In this document: piece after piece, positions 51,912 to 60,352 of the stretch
Layout: every line of letters starts with the position of its first letter
Position numbering within the stretch: the first letter of the stretch is position 1
NCBI GenBank assembly: GCA_013336275.1
Contig: JAAXUA010000003.1
Location: 130,698-194,697 of the forward strand
DNA: 64,000 bases
Origin: Candidatus Falkowbacteria bacterium
Lineage (GTDB): Bacteria; Patescibacteriota; Patescibacteriia; Patescibacteriales; GWE2-39-37
Direction of reading: 5' to 3'
Notes under the pieces: model-generated
What the model was told of the DNA's origin: nothing
Databases searched by the model: none
The model's input: the letters and a program-made list of their open reading frames with translations, nothing else
Position numbers and translations under genes: made by a program

Positions 51912-53885
51912 GTGGCCAAGAACTCGTTTAATTTTAGGCATCGTACGAGTAAGCTGCTTTATTCTATAAAGCGGTTTTGGTCTGCAACCGTCGGTTTAGT
52001 GGGCGGTCTTTTAAGGAAAAAAGGTGAAATCCGGACGGAAAATGATCAAAAACGTTCGGCTGATTTGGACAAGAAGCTGGTTTATTCGATGGCACCGGCG
52101 CGCATTCCCAGTCTAGCCCAGCTGAAGTATATTGAAAATTTTTTGAATCCCCGCGAGCGCTTGGTGTGGCGCATATCCACTTCAGTGTTTGTCATTTCCT
52201 TATTGGTTTTCGGTGCAAGCTTTGTAAATAAACACCTTGAAACTCTGCCTGTAGCTGGCGGAACTTACACCGAGGGGGTGGTCGGTTTGCCGAAATATAT
52301 CAACCCGCTTTATTCGGTCGTCAATGATGTTGATGCGGATTTAAGCCAGCTGGTTTATTCTTCCTTGTTCAAACGCAACAACCAGGGACAGCTGACTGCC
52401 GACTTAGTGCAAAGCTACCAGGCTGCGCCCGATGGCAAAAGTTACCTTTTGAAGCTTAGGGAGAATGTGGTTTGGCATAATGGCGACAAATTCAAAGTCG
52501 ATGACGTTATTTTTACTTTTAACGCCATCAAAGATCCTTTGTATAAGTCACCATTGCGCCAAAGCTTCAGCGGGGTTGCCTTGGAAAAAATCGATGACTC
52601 GACTGTCCGCTTCTCATTGTCGCAGCCTTATGCCGGATTTCTCGATTTGCTGACCTTCGGTATCTTGTCACAAGCACTCTGGTATCAGATCCCACCCAAT
52701 TCGGTCAGTTTAGCTGAACTGAATCTGAAGCCGATCGGCACCGGCCCCTACATGTTCAAGTCATTGGTTAAAGATAGGAACGGAAATCTGATTTCATATC
52801 ACCTAGAGGCTAACCCGGAATATTATGGCGGCAGTGTCCACATCCAGGATTGGCAATTCAAGTTCTACCCATCTTTCGAGGAATTGATTGCGAAACTGAG
52901 TGATGGTTCCGTCGATGGCGCAAGCTATCTGCCCAACAACCTGTTCACTGATATTTCTGGCAAGACCTTTTTGGATTATAATCAGATCTCCTTGCCTCAG
53001 GCCATGGCGGTGTTTTTCAATCTGAAAGCCAACCCAGCCCTAACTGATCAGAAGGTTAGGCAGGCACTGTCACTCGCCATTAACAAGCAAGAATTGATTG
53101 ACAAGAGCCTGTTCGGCAACGCCAAGCTGATTGACGGTCCGATATCGTCGGACAATTTCGCCTTCAACCCGGACCAGAAAAAATATCAATTTGATCAGGC
53201 AGGAGCGACAAAGCTGTTGTCGGAGGCTGGATATCAGGCTGTAGAGATAAATAAGGACAAGATTGCCCAGGCGGAAAAAGACAAAACAAGCGCAGACAAG
53301 AAAGTGAAGGATGCGGCCGAAAGCATATTGGCTCTGGGCGAGGGGCGTTGGATGGCCAAGAATGGCAGTTATCTGGTAATCAGGTTGACCAGCGTCGATG
53401 CTGGCGACAATGCGGCTGTTCTTGACGCGATTAAGAATTATTGGCAGGGTATCGGAGTTAAGACGGCTATAGAGCTGGTAGCACCGAACCAGATACAATT
53501 TGAGGTCGTACGCAATCGGAATTTCGAGAGCTTGTTCTATGGCGAAATGCTCGGTGCCGACCCGGATATTTATCCGTTCTGGCACACTTCCCAGGCTACC
53601 AGCCAGGGTTTAAACCTGACCGGGTATAGCAACAGGGAGGTAGACAAACTGCTTGAGGAGGCCAGAGTAAATGCCAACCAGTCGCAAAGAGCCGAGGCCT
53701 ACAAGAAGGTTCAGGCAATTTTGGCAGAAGAGGAGCCGGCCATTTTCCTGTATTCGCCAGTATATAGTTATATCCAAAAAAAGACAGTTAAGAACATGAA
53801 TGTTGCCACGATTATCGTGCCAAGCGATCGCTTGGCCAACGTTAATGAGTGGTACATTAAGACCAGTCGAAGGTTTAAGTGGTAA
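51912..53885 (+). CDS. membrane-anchored ABC transporter substrate-binding protein, family 5 (peptide/nickel-type), orphan
   Basis: GTG start and an N-terminal TM. GGTYTEGVVGLPKYINPLY and the SBP_bac_5-like body. No permease or ATPase adjacent. Confidence 0.8.
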   Translation: MAKNSFNFRHRTSKLLYSIKRFWSATVGLVGGLLRKKGEIRTENDQKRSADLDKKLVYSMAPARIPSLAQLKYIENFLNPRERLVWRISTSVFVISLLVFGASFVNKHLETLPVAGGTYTEGVVGLPKYINPLYSVVNDVDADLSQLVYSSLFKRNNQGQLTADLVQSYQAAPDGKSYLLKLRENVVWHNGDKFKVDDVIFTFNAIKDPLYKSPLRQSFSGVALEKIDDSTVRFSLSQPYAGFLDLLTFGILSQALWYQIPPNSVSLAELNLKPIGTGPYMFKSLVKDRNGNLISYHLEANPEYYGGSVHIQDWQFKFYPSFEELIAKLSDGSVDGASYLPNNLFTDISGKTFLDYNQISLPQAMAVFFNLKANPALTDQKVRQALSLAINKQELIDKSLFGNAKLIDGPISSDNFAFNPDQKKYQFDQAGATKLLSEAGYQAVEINKDKIAQAEKDKTSADKKVKDAAESILALGEGRWMAKNGSYLVIRLTSVDAGDNAAVLDAIKNYWQGIGVKTAIELVAPNQIQFEVVRNRNFESLFYGEMLGADPDIYPFWHTSQATSQGLNLTGYSNREVDKLLEEARVNANQSQRAEAYKKVQAILAEEEPAIFLYSPVYSYIQKKTVKNMNVATIIVPSDRLANVNEWYIKTSRRFKW

Positions 53886-53918
53886 TTTTACATTAGTTAC
53901 AATAGAGTAAAATAATAA

Positions 53919-53969
53919 GCCGAGGTGGTGAAACCTGCCTGCCGGCAGGCAGGTTGGTATACACGCATG
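53919..53969 (+). pseudogene. 5' fragment of tRNA-Leu(CAG) carrying the 20-nt palindrome in the D-loop
   Basis: GCCGAGGTGGTGAAA-[CCTGCCTGCCGGCAGGCAGG]-TTGGTATACACGCATG matches the intact gene at 54028. It then diverges (AACATGCGTGCCCGGGG...) and has no T-arm or 3' acceptor. Confidence 0.55.
53934..53953. repeat. 20-nt perfect palindrome CCTGCCTGCCGGCAGGCAGG (copy 2)
   Basis: Read directly; identical to 41461-41480. Confidence 0.95.
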
Positions 53970-54027
53970 AACATGCGTGCCCGGGGTACTTGGAAAAACA
54001 ATATTTTACAATAGAATAAAATAATAA

Positions 54028-54111
54028 GCCGAGGTGGTGAAATTGGTATACACGCATGCTTCAGGTGCATGTGGGGGCAACCCCGTGGAGGTTCAAGTCC
54101 TCTTCTCGGCA
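54028..54111 (+). tRNA. tRNA-Leu (CAG), type II
   Basis: GCCGAGGTGGTGAAATTGGTATACACGCATGCTTCAGGTGCATGTGGGGGCAACCCCGTGGAGGTTCAAGTCCTCTTCTCGGCA. Anticodon stem CATGC/GCATG, loop TTCAGGT. Confidence 0.9.
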
Positions 54112-54261
54112 CAATCAGATTTCAGTAAGAAATCTCCTACTAAATTAATAAGGAGTACGCAAGGACTCTTGGTCGGCGCGCTTAGCGCCGCTTTGAACTC
54201 TCGCATCGGCTCAACCGATGCAATTTTTCCGGACAATGATCCGGAGCTACTCATCAAATCT

Positions 54262-56130
54262 ATGATCACTAAGTACAAAAGCGGTTCCGCCGCTCTGCCA
54301 TCGGCAGGCGGTCGGGCAAAACCGAAATTTGCTCGTCAGGACACACAGTCCAGGCGAGCCGAAGCGCCCCGGCCTAAACAGGTACAGGGCCAAGCGCCGG
54401 CTGTTCCATCTGAACGTCCGCGCCGCATTATCCGCGAGCGGAGTTTCGCTGGCGGCAAGCTCCGCGTCATGGTTATGGGCGGGCTTGAAGAAGTCGGCCG
54501 TAATATGACTGTTTTCGAATATGACAAGGAAATCATAATCGTCGACATGGGCTTGCAGTTTCCGGAAGAAGACATGCCCGGTATCGATTATATCATTCCT
54601 AATATCACTTATCTGGAAGACAAGAAGGACTGGGTCAAGGGCGTGATCATTACTCATGGCCACATGGACCACATCGGTGCCATCCCTCATCTGGTCCCAG
54701 CTTTGGGTAACCCGCCGATGTTCATGGGCAAGCTGACCGCTGGTCTGGTCAAAAAATTGACCGAAAAATATCATCGCCAAGTCAATCTTGACATCGCGGA
54801 AATCGACGAGAATTCCAAGCTCCAGCTGGGCCGAAATTTTCAGGTCGAATTCTTGCGCGTCAACCATTCTATCCCCGATGGCTTCGCAATTATCGTCCGT
54901 ACGCCGGTCGGCACAGTAATCCATACTGGCGATTTCAAAATCGATTACACGCCGGTCAACGACAAGCCGGCCGACATCAATCGCATCGCCCTCCTAGGAG
55001 CTAGCGGCGTCCTGATGCTGATGGCCGACTCTACTGATGCGACCCATCCAGGCTATCAAGTCTCAGAATCTTATATCGGTGACGAGATGAACAAGCTGTT
55101 CGATAAGATCGAAGGCCGAATCATCATCGGCACCTTCGCCTCGCAGATCAGCCGTGTCCAGAAAATCCTGGAGCTGGCCGAGAAGCATGGGCGCAAAGTC
55201 TCTTTGCAGGGGCGCACCATGAATGACAACGTGGAAGTCGCTCATCAAATCGGATATTTGAAGTTTAACCCTTCGTTGATAGTCGATGATAAAGATTTGC
55301 ATAAATATCCAGACAACAAGCTGATCATCTTAGGCACTGGCGCCCAGGGCGAATCCAGCGCCTTCCTATCACGCGTCGTCAACAAGGAGCATCGGACGGT
55401 CGAGCTTAAAAAAGGCGATACTGTCATTTTTTCCTCATCCGTTATTCCTGGAAACGAACGCTCGATCCAGACATTGAGAGATATGGTCGTACGCCAAGGT
55501 GCCAAGGTGATACATTATCACATGATGGATGTCCATGCCGGCGGCCACGCCAAACAGGAAGACCTGAAGCTGATGATGCGTTTGATCAAGCCGGAATATT
55601 TTATGCCGATCGAGGGCAATCATTATCTTCTGCAGGCGAATGCTGATTTGGCTCGCGGTGTCGGCATCCCGGAAGAGAAGATCTTTGTCGCTGACAACGG
55701 CCAAGTGGTCGAGTTCAGCAAGGATCAGTCCGGAAAAGTCACCGGGCGCATGTCCAATGAAAAGGTCCCGTCAGATTATATCATGGTTGACGGCCTGGGC
55801 GTAGGCGATGTTTCCCATATCGTTTTGCGCGATCGCCGAGTCATGGCCGAAGACGGCATGATCGTGATCATTACCACGGTCGACAACAAGACCGGCGAGC
55901 CGATCGGCAACCCAGATATCATTTCCAGAGGCTTCGTCTATATGAAAGAGAATAAGGAACTGATAGAAAAAACCAGGATGAAGGTCAAGAAGATCGTCAA
56001 AGACCATGATCCGCGCACCCCGGCCGATGATGATTATCTCAAGAACAAGATTCGCAATGACGTCGGGCAGTTCCTGTATGCCAACACCAAGCGCAGACCG
56101 ATGGTCTTGCCGGTGGTGATAAAAGTATAA
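54262..56130 (+). CDS. rnj: ribonuclease J (metallo-beta-lactamase / beta-CASP)
   Basis: LRVMVMGGLEEVGRNMTVFEY, ITHGHMDHIGA, beta-CASP motifs, and a C-terminal domain. The track ORF start (54034) overlaps tRNA-Leu. The real start is uncertain: ATG 54262 or TTG 54169. Confidence 0.85.
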   Translation: MITKYKSGSAALPSAGGRAKPKFARQDTQSRRAEAPRPKQVQGQAPAVPSERPRRIIRERSFAGGKLRVMVMGGLEEVGRNMTVFEYDKEIIIVDMGLQFPEEDMPGIDYIIPNITYLEDKKDWVKGVIITHGHMDHIGAIPHLVPALGNPPMFMGKLTAGLVKKLTEKYHRQVNLDIAEIDENSKLQLGRNFQVEFLRVNHSIPDGFAIIVRTPVGTVIHTGDFKIDYTPVNDKPADINRIALLGASGVLMLMADSTDATHPGYQVSESYIGDEMNKLFDKIEGRIIIGTFASQISRVQKILELAEKHGRKVSLQGRTMNDNVEVAHQIGYLKFNPSLIVDDKDLHKYPDNKLIILGTGAQGESSAFLSRVVNKEHRTVELKKGDTVIFSSSVIPGNERSIQTLRDMVVRQGAKVIHYHMMDVHAGGHAKQEDLKLMMRLIKPEYFMPIEGNHYLLQANADLARGVGIPEEKIFVADNGQVVEFSKDQSGKVTGRMSNEKVPSDYIMVDGLGVGDVSHIVLRDRRVMAEDGMIVIITTVDNKTGEPIGNPDIISRGFVYMKENKELIEKTRMKVKKIVKDHDPRTPADDDYLKNKIRNDVGQFLYANTKRRPMVLPVVIKV

Positions 56131-56145
56131 TATTTAAAGCCGATA

Positions 56146-56181
56146 TAAAAAAACACGCCAGCATTGCTGGCGTGTTTTTTT
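56146..56181. terminator. bidirectional intrinsic terminator
   Basis: AAAAAAA-ACACGCCAGC-ATT-GCTGGCGTGT-TTTTTT between convergent genes. Confidence 0.8.
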
Positions 56182-56194
56182 GTCTGCAAAAATA

Positions 56195-56413
56195 TTATTC
56201 TTCTTCGGCTGCCTCGTCTTGCAGCAGTTCGCGCATAGCCATCAGTTCGTCTTTGATGAATTCAAGATTATCCTCATCAGAAAGCTTGCCGCGTTCAAGA
56301 AAATAATCGATAGTCTCATCGACTACCTGCTCGAAAGAGTCGATATCGTAAGCGCCTTGCTCTTCGACTTTGGTTTTGACCAGTTCGTAGATTTCAGAAG
56401 TTGTCTCGTCCAT
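56195..56413 (-). CDS. hypothetical small acidic protein (72 aa)
   Basis: An intact ORF ending at the bidirectional terminator, very E/D-rich. No family recognised. Confidence 0.5.
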   Translation of the reverse strand: MDETTSEIYELVKTKVEEQGAYDIDSFEQVVDETIDYFLERGKLSDEDNLEFIKDELMAMRELLQDEAAEEE

Positions 56414-56730
56414 ATTTTAGTTTATGTATTTGAATTGAGTATAAGTTTATTGCTGGAAAATGGCAAGACCAGCAATAATTACTATTTGAATTATCAACAA
56501 TCAAGATTAATAATCCGTTAAGGATGAGTCGGGTGCCACTTGCCGACCGGAATCAAACGGAGGGACTTTGATGCATTTTTGGCGAAATTATTGATTATTT
56601 TATGATTCTTCGCTTGCGAAATCTATAGCAATAGAGCAGAGACAGAAAAGGCCCGATTCGGCTTGGATGAATTTTTAAAAAGTGTTATAATAATTACACT
56701 GAATCGTATTCTCAATAAACCAAGGAGAAA

Positions 56731-58065
56731 ATGCAGCCAATAATCAAAGTAGAGCACTTAAACGTTATCTATAATCTGGGCAAGAGCAGCGAATACCGGG
56801 CTTTGTCTGATATAAACCTCGAGATTTATCCCGAAGAATTCGTGATATTTTTCGGTCCGTCCGGTTGCGGCAAGTCGACCCTGCTTTATTCCATCTCAGG
56901 CCTGGAGACCAATATCCAAGGCAATGTCATCGTTGATGGCAAGAATATCGCACTGTTTGATAAGAAGGAGATTCTGAAGTTCCACCGCACTACCATCGGC
57001 ATGATTTTTCAGGCTTTTTACCTCATCGCTTCTTTGACAGTGCAAAAAAATGTCGCCTTGCCTCAGATTTTCATCAATGGCGACAAGAAAGAGCGCACCA
57101 AGCGCGCCCTGGATCTTCTCGAATATTTCGGTGTCGGCAAGCAGGCGCGCAAGTTGCCGACAGAGCTCTCGGGCGGTCAGCAGCAGCGCGTCGCGATTGC
57201 CCGGTCCCTGGTCAACGATCCAGCCATTCTGATGGCCGACGAACCTGTCGGCAACCTGGACTCCAAGTCCTCACAGGACGTAATGGACATGTTAAAGACG
57301 CTTAACGAGAAGGAAAAGAAAACCATTATCCTTGTCACTCATAACCCGGCATTTTTAAGCTATGCTCACCGCGTGTTTTACCTGAAGGATGGTCACCTGA
57401 TCGAGACCAGAGTCAATAAGAACGTGCATGGCGTGCAGATACCGGTAGCTGAAAACAAGCCTAATATTTCCAAGGAATTAGAGCTGCTTATACAGACGTT
57501 TTCCAGCTTGTCGCCGAATCAGATCGGTAATTTGCTGATTCCGTTCAAGGCCAAGCAGATTGTCGCCGAAGCCTTGATCGGCATGACGACCGAAGAGATC
57601 GAGAAAATCGAGAAAAAAGTTGAGAATCTCCTGATGACCGGCGTTTACGACACCGAATCGACCTTTGAATTCCTTGACCAGAGCATGGAAAAAGGCGGAG
57701 CTGACCTCGACCGCCGCACCGCCAGAAAACTGGCCGACAAGATCAAGGATATCGTGGGTGAAATCAAACGACTCGAAACCGAAGAGAATAAGATAAGGAT
57801 GCACATCATGCCAGACGCCGGCAGCGAGGTTATGGAAGTCAGACACTACTTGCTTGATGAGTATAATGTCGATATCAAGAACTTCATCGTGCTCGAGGTG
57901 CTCGACCGGGCCATCAAGGAACGCTTAGACAATGTCATCGATCGTGACGTCTTCCGCAAGCGCATCAATGCACCGTTGCGACGGGGCGGGGCTGGCATCA
58001 ATCGCCGCACGGCCAAAAAAATGGGCAAGCGCTTAGAATTGTTGATCTTGGGCAAGTACAAGTAA
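56731..58065 (+). CDS. ABC transporter ATP-binding protein (MacB/LolD-type) with ~220-aa C-terminal extension
   Basis: AAGGAG SD. Walker A GPSGCGKST, signature LSGGQQQRVAIAR, Walker B ILMADEPVGNLD. The extension contains two similar motifs, GGADLDRRTARKLADKI and GGAGINRRTAKKMGKRL. Confidence 0.85.
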   Translation: MQPIIKVEHLNVIYNLGKSSEYRALSDINLEIYPEEFVIFFGPSGCGKSTLLYSISGLETNIQGNVIVDGKNIALFDKKEILKFHRTTIGMIFQAFYLIASLTVQKNVALPQIFINGDKKERTKRALDLLEYFGVGKQARKLPTELSGGQQQRVAIARSLVNDPAILMADEPVGNLDSKSSQDVMDMLKTLNEKEKKTIILVTHNPAFLSYAHRVFYLKDGHLIETRVNKNVHGVQIPVAENKPNISKELELLIQTFSSLSPNQIGNLLIPFKAKQIVAEALIGMTTEEIEKIEKKVENLLMTGVYDTESTFEFLDQSMEKGGADLDRRTARKLADKIKDIVGEIKRLETEENKIRMHIMPDAGSEVMEVRHYLLDEYNVDIKNFIVLEVLDRAIKERLDNVIDRDVFRKRINAPLRRGGAGINRRTAKKMGKRLELLILGKYK

Positions 58066-58097
58066 TTTAAGAAGCACCACCAGTTAAATATAGAATT

Positions 58098-59300
58098 ATG
58101 AAACTGCGCGACACATTATCACTGTCCACCAGAATGTTCAAAACTAGAAAGATGCGTACTTTCTTGACGATTTTGGGCGTGGGCGTCGGTATCGGAACCG
58201 TGCTTTTTCTGGTTTCGCTGGGCTACGGTTTGCAGAATGTGGTTTTGAGCAAAATTACTACAGCGGATTCGCTTTTGAGTTTGGATGTCACTCCTGGAAT
58301 CTCGAGCGCGATCAACTTATCCCAGGATAATGTCAGTTCGATCGGCAAAATGCCTCATGTGTCCGAAGTCAGCCCGATGGCTAACTACTCGGCTCAGCTG
58401 ACGATCGAGCAGCTTACCGGAGATGGTTTGGTCTATGCCGTAAATCCCTCCTTCTTTCGTCTGGGCGGCATCATTCCGCAACGCGGCAAAGTGCTGCAAA
58501 CGGATGAGGTTTATGAGGCGGTCATCTCTTCGGCTGCGGCCAAGCTTTTCAACTTGGATGCCGACAAGGTCTTGGGCAGGGAAATCGGCTTGAGCCTTTT
58601 TATGCCCAAGGGTACGGCCCAAGAGGGCAACGAAGAGCTGGGCGTGATCAAACGCAATGAAAAATATCGCATCGTCGGCGTAATCGAAGATGATACCACT
58701 AGTTATGTGTTCATTCCGATGAAGACGCTGAGCGATTTGAATATTTCGACTTATAACCAACTGAAGGTCAAGGTTGAGGCTAGCCAATTTACGGACGCTG
58801 TCCGTACGGCGGTCATAGATCAGGGCTTTATCGTCTCCTCATTATCAGATACTATCGAGCAAGCCAACAAGATTTTCAGCATTGTTCAGATCGTGCTCTC
58901 ATTGTTCGGTTTGGTTGCATTGATCGTTTCCGCCATCGGCATGTTTAACACCATGACTATCGCCTTGCTTGAGAGAATCAATGAGATCGGCATTATGCGC
59001 GCCATCGGCGCCTCAAAGATGGACATCTTAGTCCTGTTCTTGTTGGAGTCGCTCATGATGGGCCTGTTGGGTGGCATCATGGGCATAACTGTCGGCTATT
59101 TAGGCGGCGAATTAGCTAATATCGGTATCAATATTTTGGCCAAGAATTTCGGCGGCCAAAGCCTCAACCTATTCTACAGGCCGGCCTGGTTTATCGCCTT
59201 TATCATGGTCTTTTCTGGTTGTGTCGGCTTGCTGACCGGCGTATATCCTGCCCGAAAAGCGGCTAAAATCAACCCTCTTGACGCTTTAAGGTATAAATAA
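58098..59300 (+). CDS. ABC transporter permease, FtsX/MacB family
   Basis: 400 aa. TM1, a large extracytoplasmic domain, and three C-terminal TM with the FtsX signature (NTMTIALLERINEIGIMRAIGASK). Confidence 0.85.
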   Translation: MKLRDTLSLSTRMFKTRKMRTFLTILGVGVGIGTVLFLVSLGYGLQNVVLSKITTADSLLSLDVTPGISSAINLSQDNVSSIGKMPHVSEVSPMANYSAQLTIEQLTGDGLVYAVNPSFFRLGGIIPQRGKVLQTDEVYEAVISSAAAKLFNLDADKVLGREIGLSLFMPKGTAQEGNEELGVIKRNEKYRIVGVIEDDTTSYVFIPMKTLSDLNISTYNQLKVKVEASQFTDAVRTAVIDQGFIVSSLSDTIEQANKIFSIVQIVLSLFGLVALIVSAIGMFNTMTIALLERINEIGIMRAIGASKMDILVLFLLESLMMGLLGGIMGITVGYLGGELANIGINILAKNFGGQSLNLFYRPAWFIAFIMVFSGCVGLLTGVYPARKAAKINPLDALRYK

Positions 59301-59318
59301 ATCGTTAGCTTTCCGCGC

Positions 59319-59347
59319 TTGACATAATGGCGGATTTTATTTATATT
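59319..59347 (+). promoter_or_regulatory. promoter TTGACA-17-TATATT upstream of rpmF
   Basis: TTGACA at 59319-59324 and TATATT at 59342-59347. Confidence 0.5.
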
Positions 59348-59382
59348 GAACCAGTCCTAATAGTAATTTAAAAATAACGAAA

Positions 59383-59398
59383 CCTGCCGTCAGGCAGG
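59383..59398. repeat. hairpin CCTGCC-GTCA-GGCAGG (same stem as the 20-nt palindrome)
   Basis: Read directly. The flanks GAAA|...|CTGG resemble the flanks of the copy at 53934 (GAAA|...|TTGG). Confidence 0.8.
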
Positions 59399-59400
59399 CT

Positions 59401-59461
59401 GGCAAAATGCAAAATTTATGAAGCTCTGTCAGACAGAGCAACAAGAATTTTACATTTTGCC
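59401..59461 (+). promoter_or_regulatory. long bipartite hairpin + U-tract in the rpmF leader (candidate attenuator / r-protein leader)
   Basis: GGCAAAATGCAAAATT...AATTTTACATTTTGCC (16 bp, one mismatch) encloses GCTCTG-TCAGA-CAGAGC and is followed by TTTTAAGTTTT. It ends 20 nt before the rpmF ATG. Confidence 0.45.
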
Positions 59462-59481
59462 TTTTAAGTTTTACATTTTTT

Positions 59482-59679
59482 ATGCCAGTACCAGCTAAAC
59501 GCCGTCCAACTAGCGAAGCTCGTCGCGGACGATCACATCAAGCCTTGAAGAAGGTTTCGGTAGCCGCTTGCCCTAAGTGCGGCAAGAACGTATTGCCCCA
59601 TACTGCCTGCAAGTTTTGCGGCAACTATAAAGGCAAGCAAGTTTTGAAGCTTGAAGCCAAGCCGAAAGCAAAGAAATAA
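59482..59679 (+). CDS. rpmF: 50S ribosomal protein L32 (zinc-ribbon form)
   Basis: MPVPAKRRPTSEARRGRSH...CPKCGKNVLPHTACKFCG. Confidence 0.9.
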   Translation: MPVPAKRRPTSEARRGRSHQALKKVSVAACPKCGKNVLPHTACKFCGNYKGKQVLKLEAKPKAKK

Positions 59680-59751
59680 GCGTTACAAATAGTGTTCAGA
59701 TTTACGAATCATCATTCGTAAATCAAAATAAATTTGTAGCTACCATATCAT

Positions 59752-60219
59752 ATGTCCAATCGCCACCTAGGCCGAACCATTGCCATGCAAACCCTGTTTT
59801 TGTGGGATTTTAATGGTTGCCAGACGGGCGATTTGACCGAAGTGGTTGAGAAGAACGTTGAGCATTTCGCTCCCAATCTCGATGACCACAGCTTTACCTA
59901 CGACATCGTAAAAGGCGTCATCAACAATGTCAAAGAGATCAATCAGTATATCATCCGCTACGCCACCGAATGGCCGCTGGAACAGATTACGATCGTTGAT
60001 CGCAACATCCTGCGCATCGGCGTCTACGAGCTGATTTATGACCAGGAGATACCTGCCAAGGTCGCCATCAACGAGGCGATCGAAATCGCCAAGACATTCG
60101 GCGGTGAATCCTCTGGAAAGTTCGTAAACGGCGTCTTGGGGGCAATCTATAAGGACATGGAAAAGCAGGGAATCAAGAAAGCTGCCGATAACAAGCAGCC
60201 GGAAGCAGCGTCAGAATAA
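59752..60219 (+). CDS. nusB: transcription antitermination factor NusB
   Basis: [13 protein letters not shown]..., [37 protein letters not shown]. Confidence 0.9.
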   Translation: MSNRHLGRTIAMQTLFLWDFNGCQTGDLTEVVEKNVEHFAPNLDDHSFTYDIVKGVINNVKEINQYIIRYATEWPLEQITIVDRNILRIGVYELIYDQEIPAKVAINEAIEIAKTFGGESSGKFVNGVLGAIYKDMEKQGIKKAADNKQPEAASE

Positions 60220-60352
60220 AGGTTTGAAAATTAATTTCGTAAGCCGTGAAGATTGAATAAAATACTTTGCATGGTCAAGGAAGCTTATTCCTCAGATCCG
60301 CAAAAAGCCCTTGGCTTTTCTATTCATTCTTGACTGCTTACTCACAAAATCT

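Noticed and set aside
41356-54111. CRISPR array or prophage/integrative island bounded by tRNA repeats
   Set aside because: The repeated units are tRNA copies and a single palindrome, not regularly spaced repeats with spacers, and there are no cas genes. No integrase, excisionase or phage genes lie between or next to the tRNA-Gly duplication. No matching direct repeat closes an island downstream.
54034-54261. N-terminal 76 codons of the track ORF for RNase J
   Set aside because: This part overlaps the tRNA-Leu(CAG) gene (54028-54111) and has no RNase J similarity. The real start is downstream: ATG 54262 or possibly TTG 54169.
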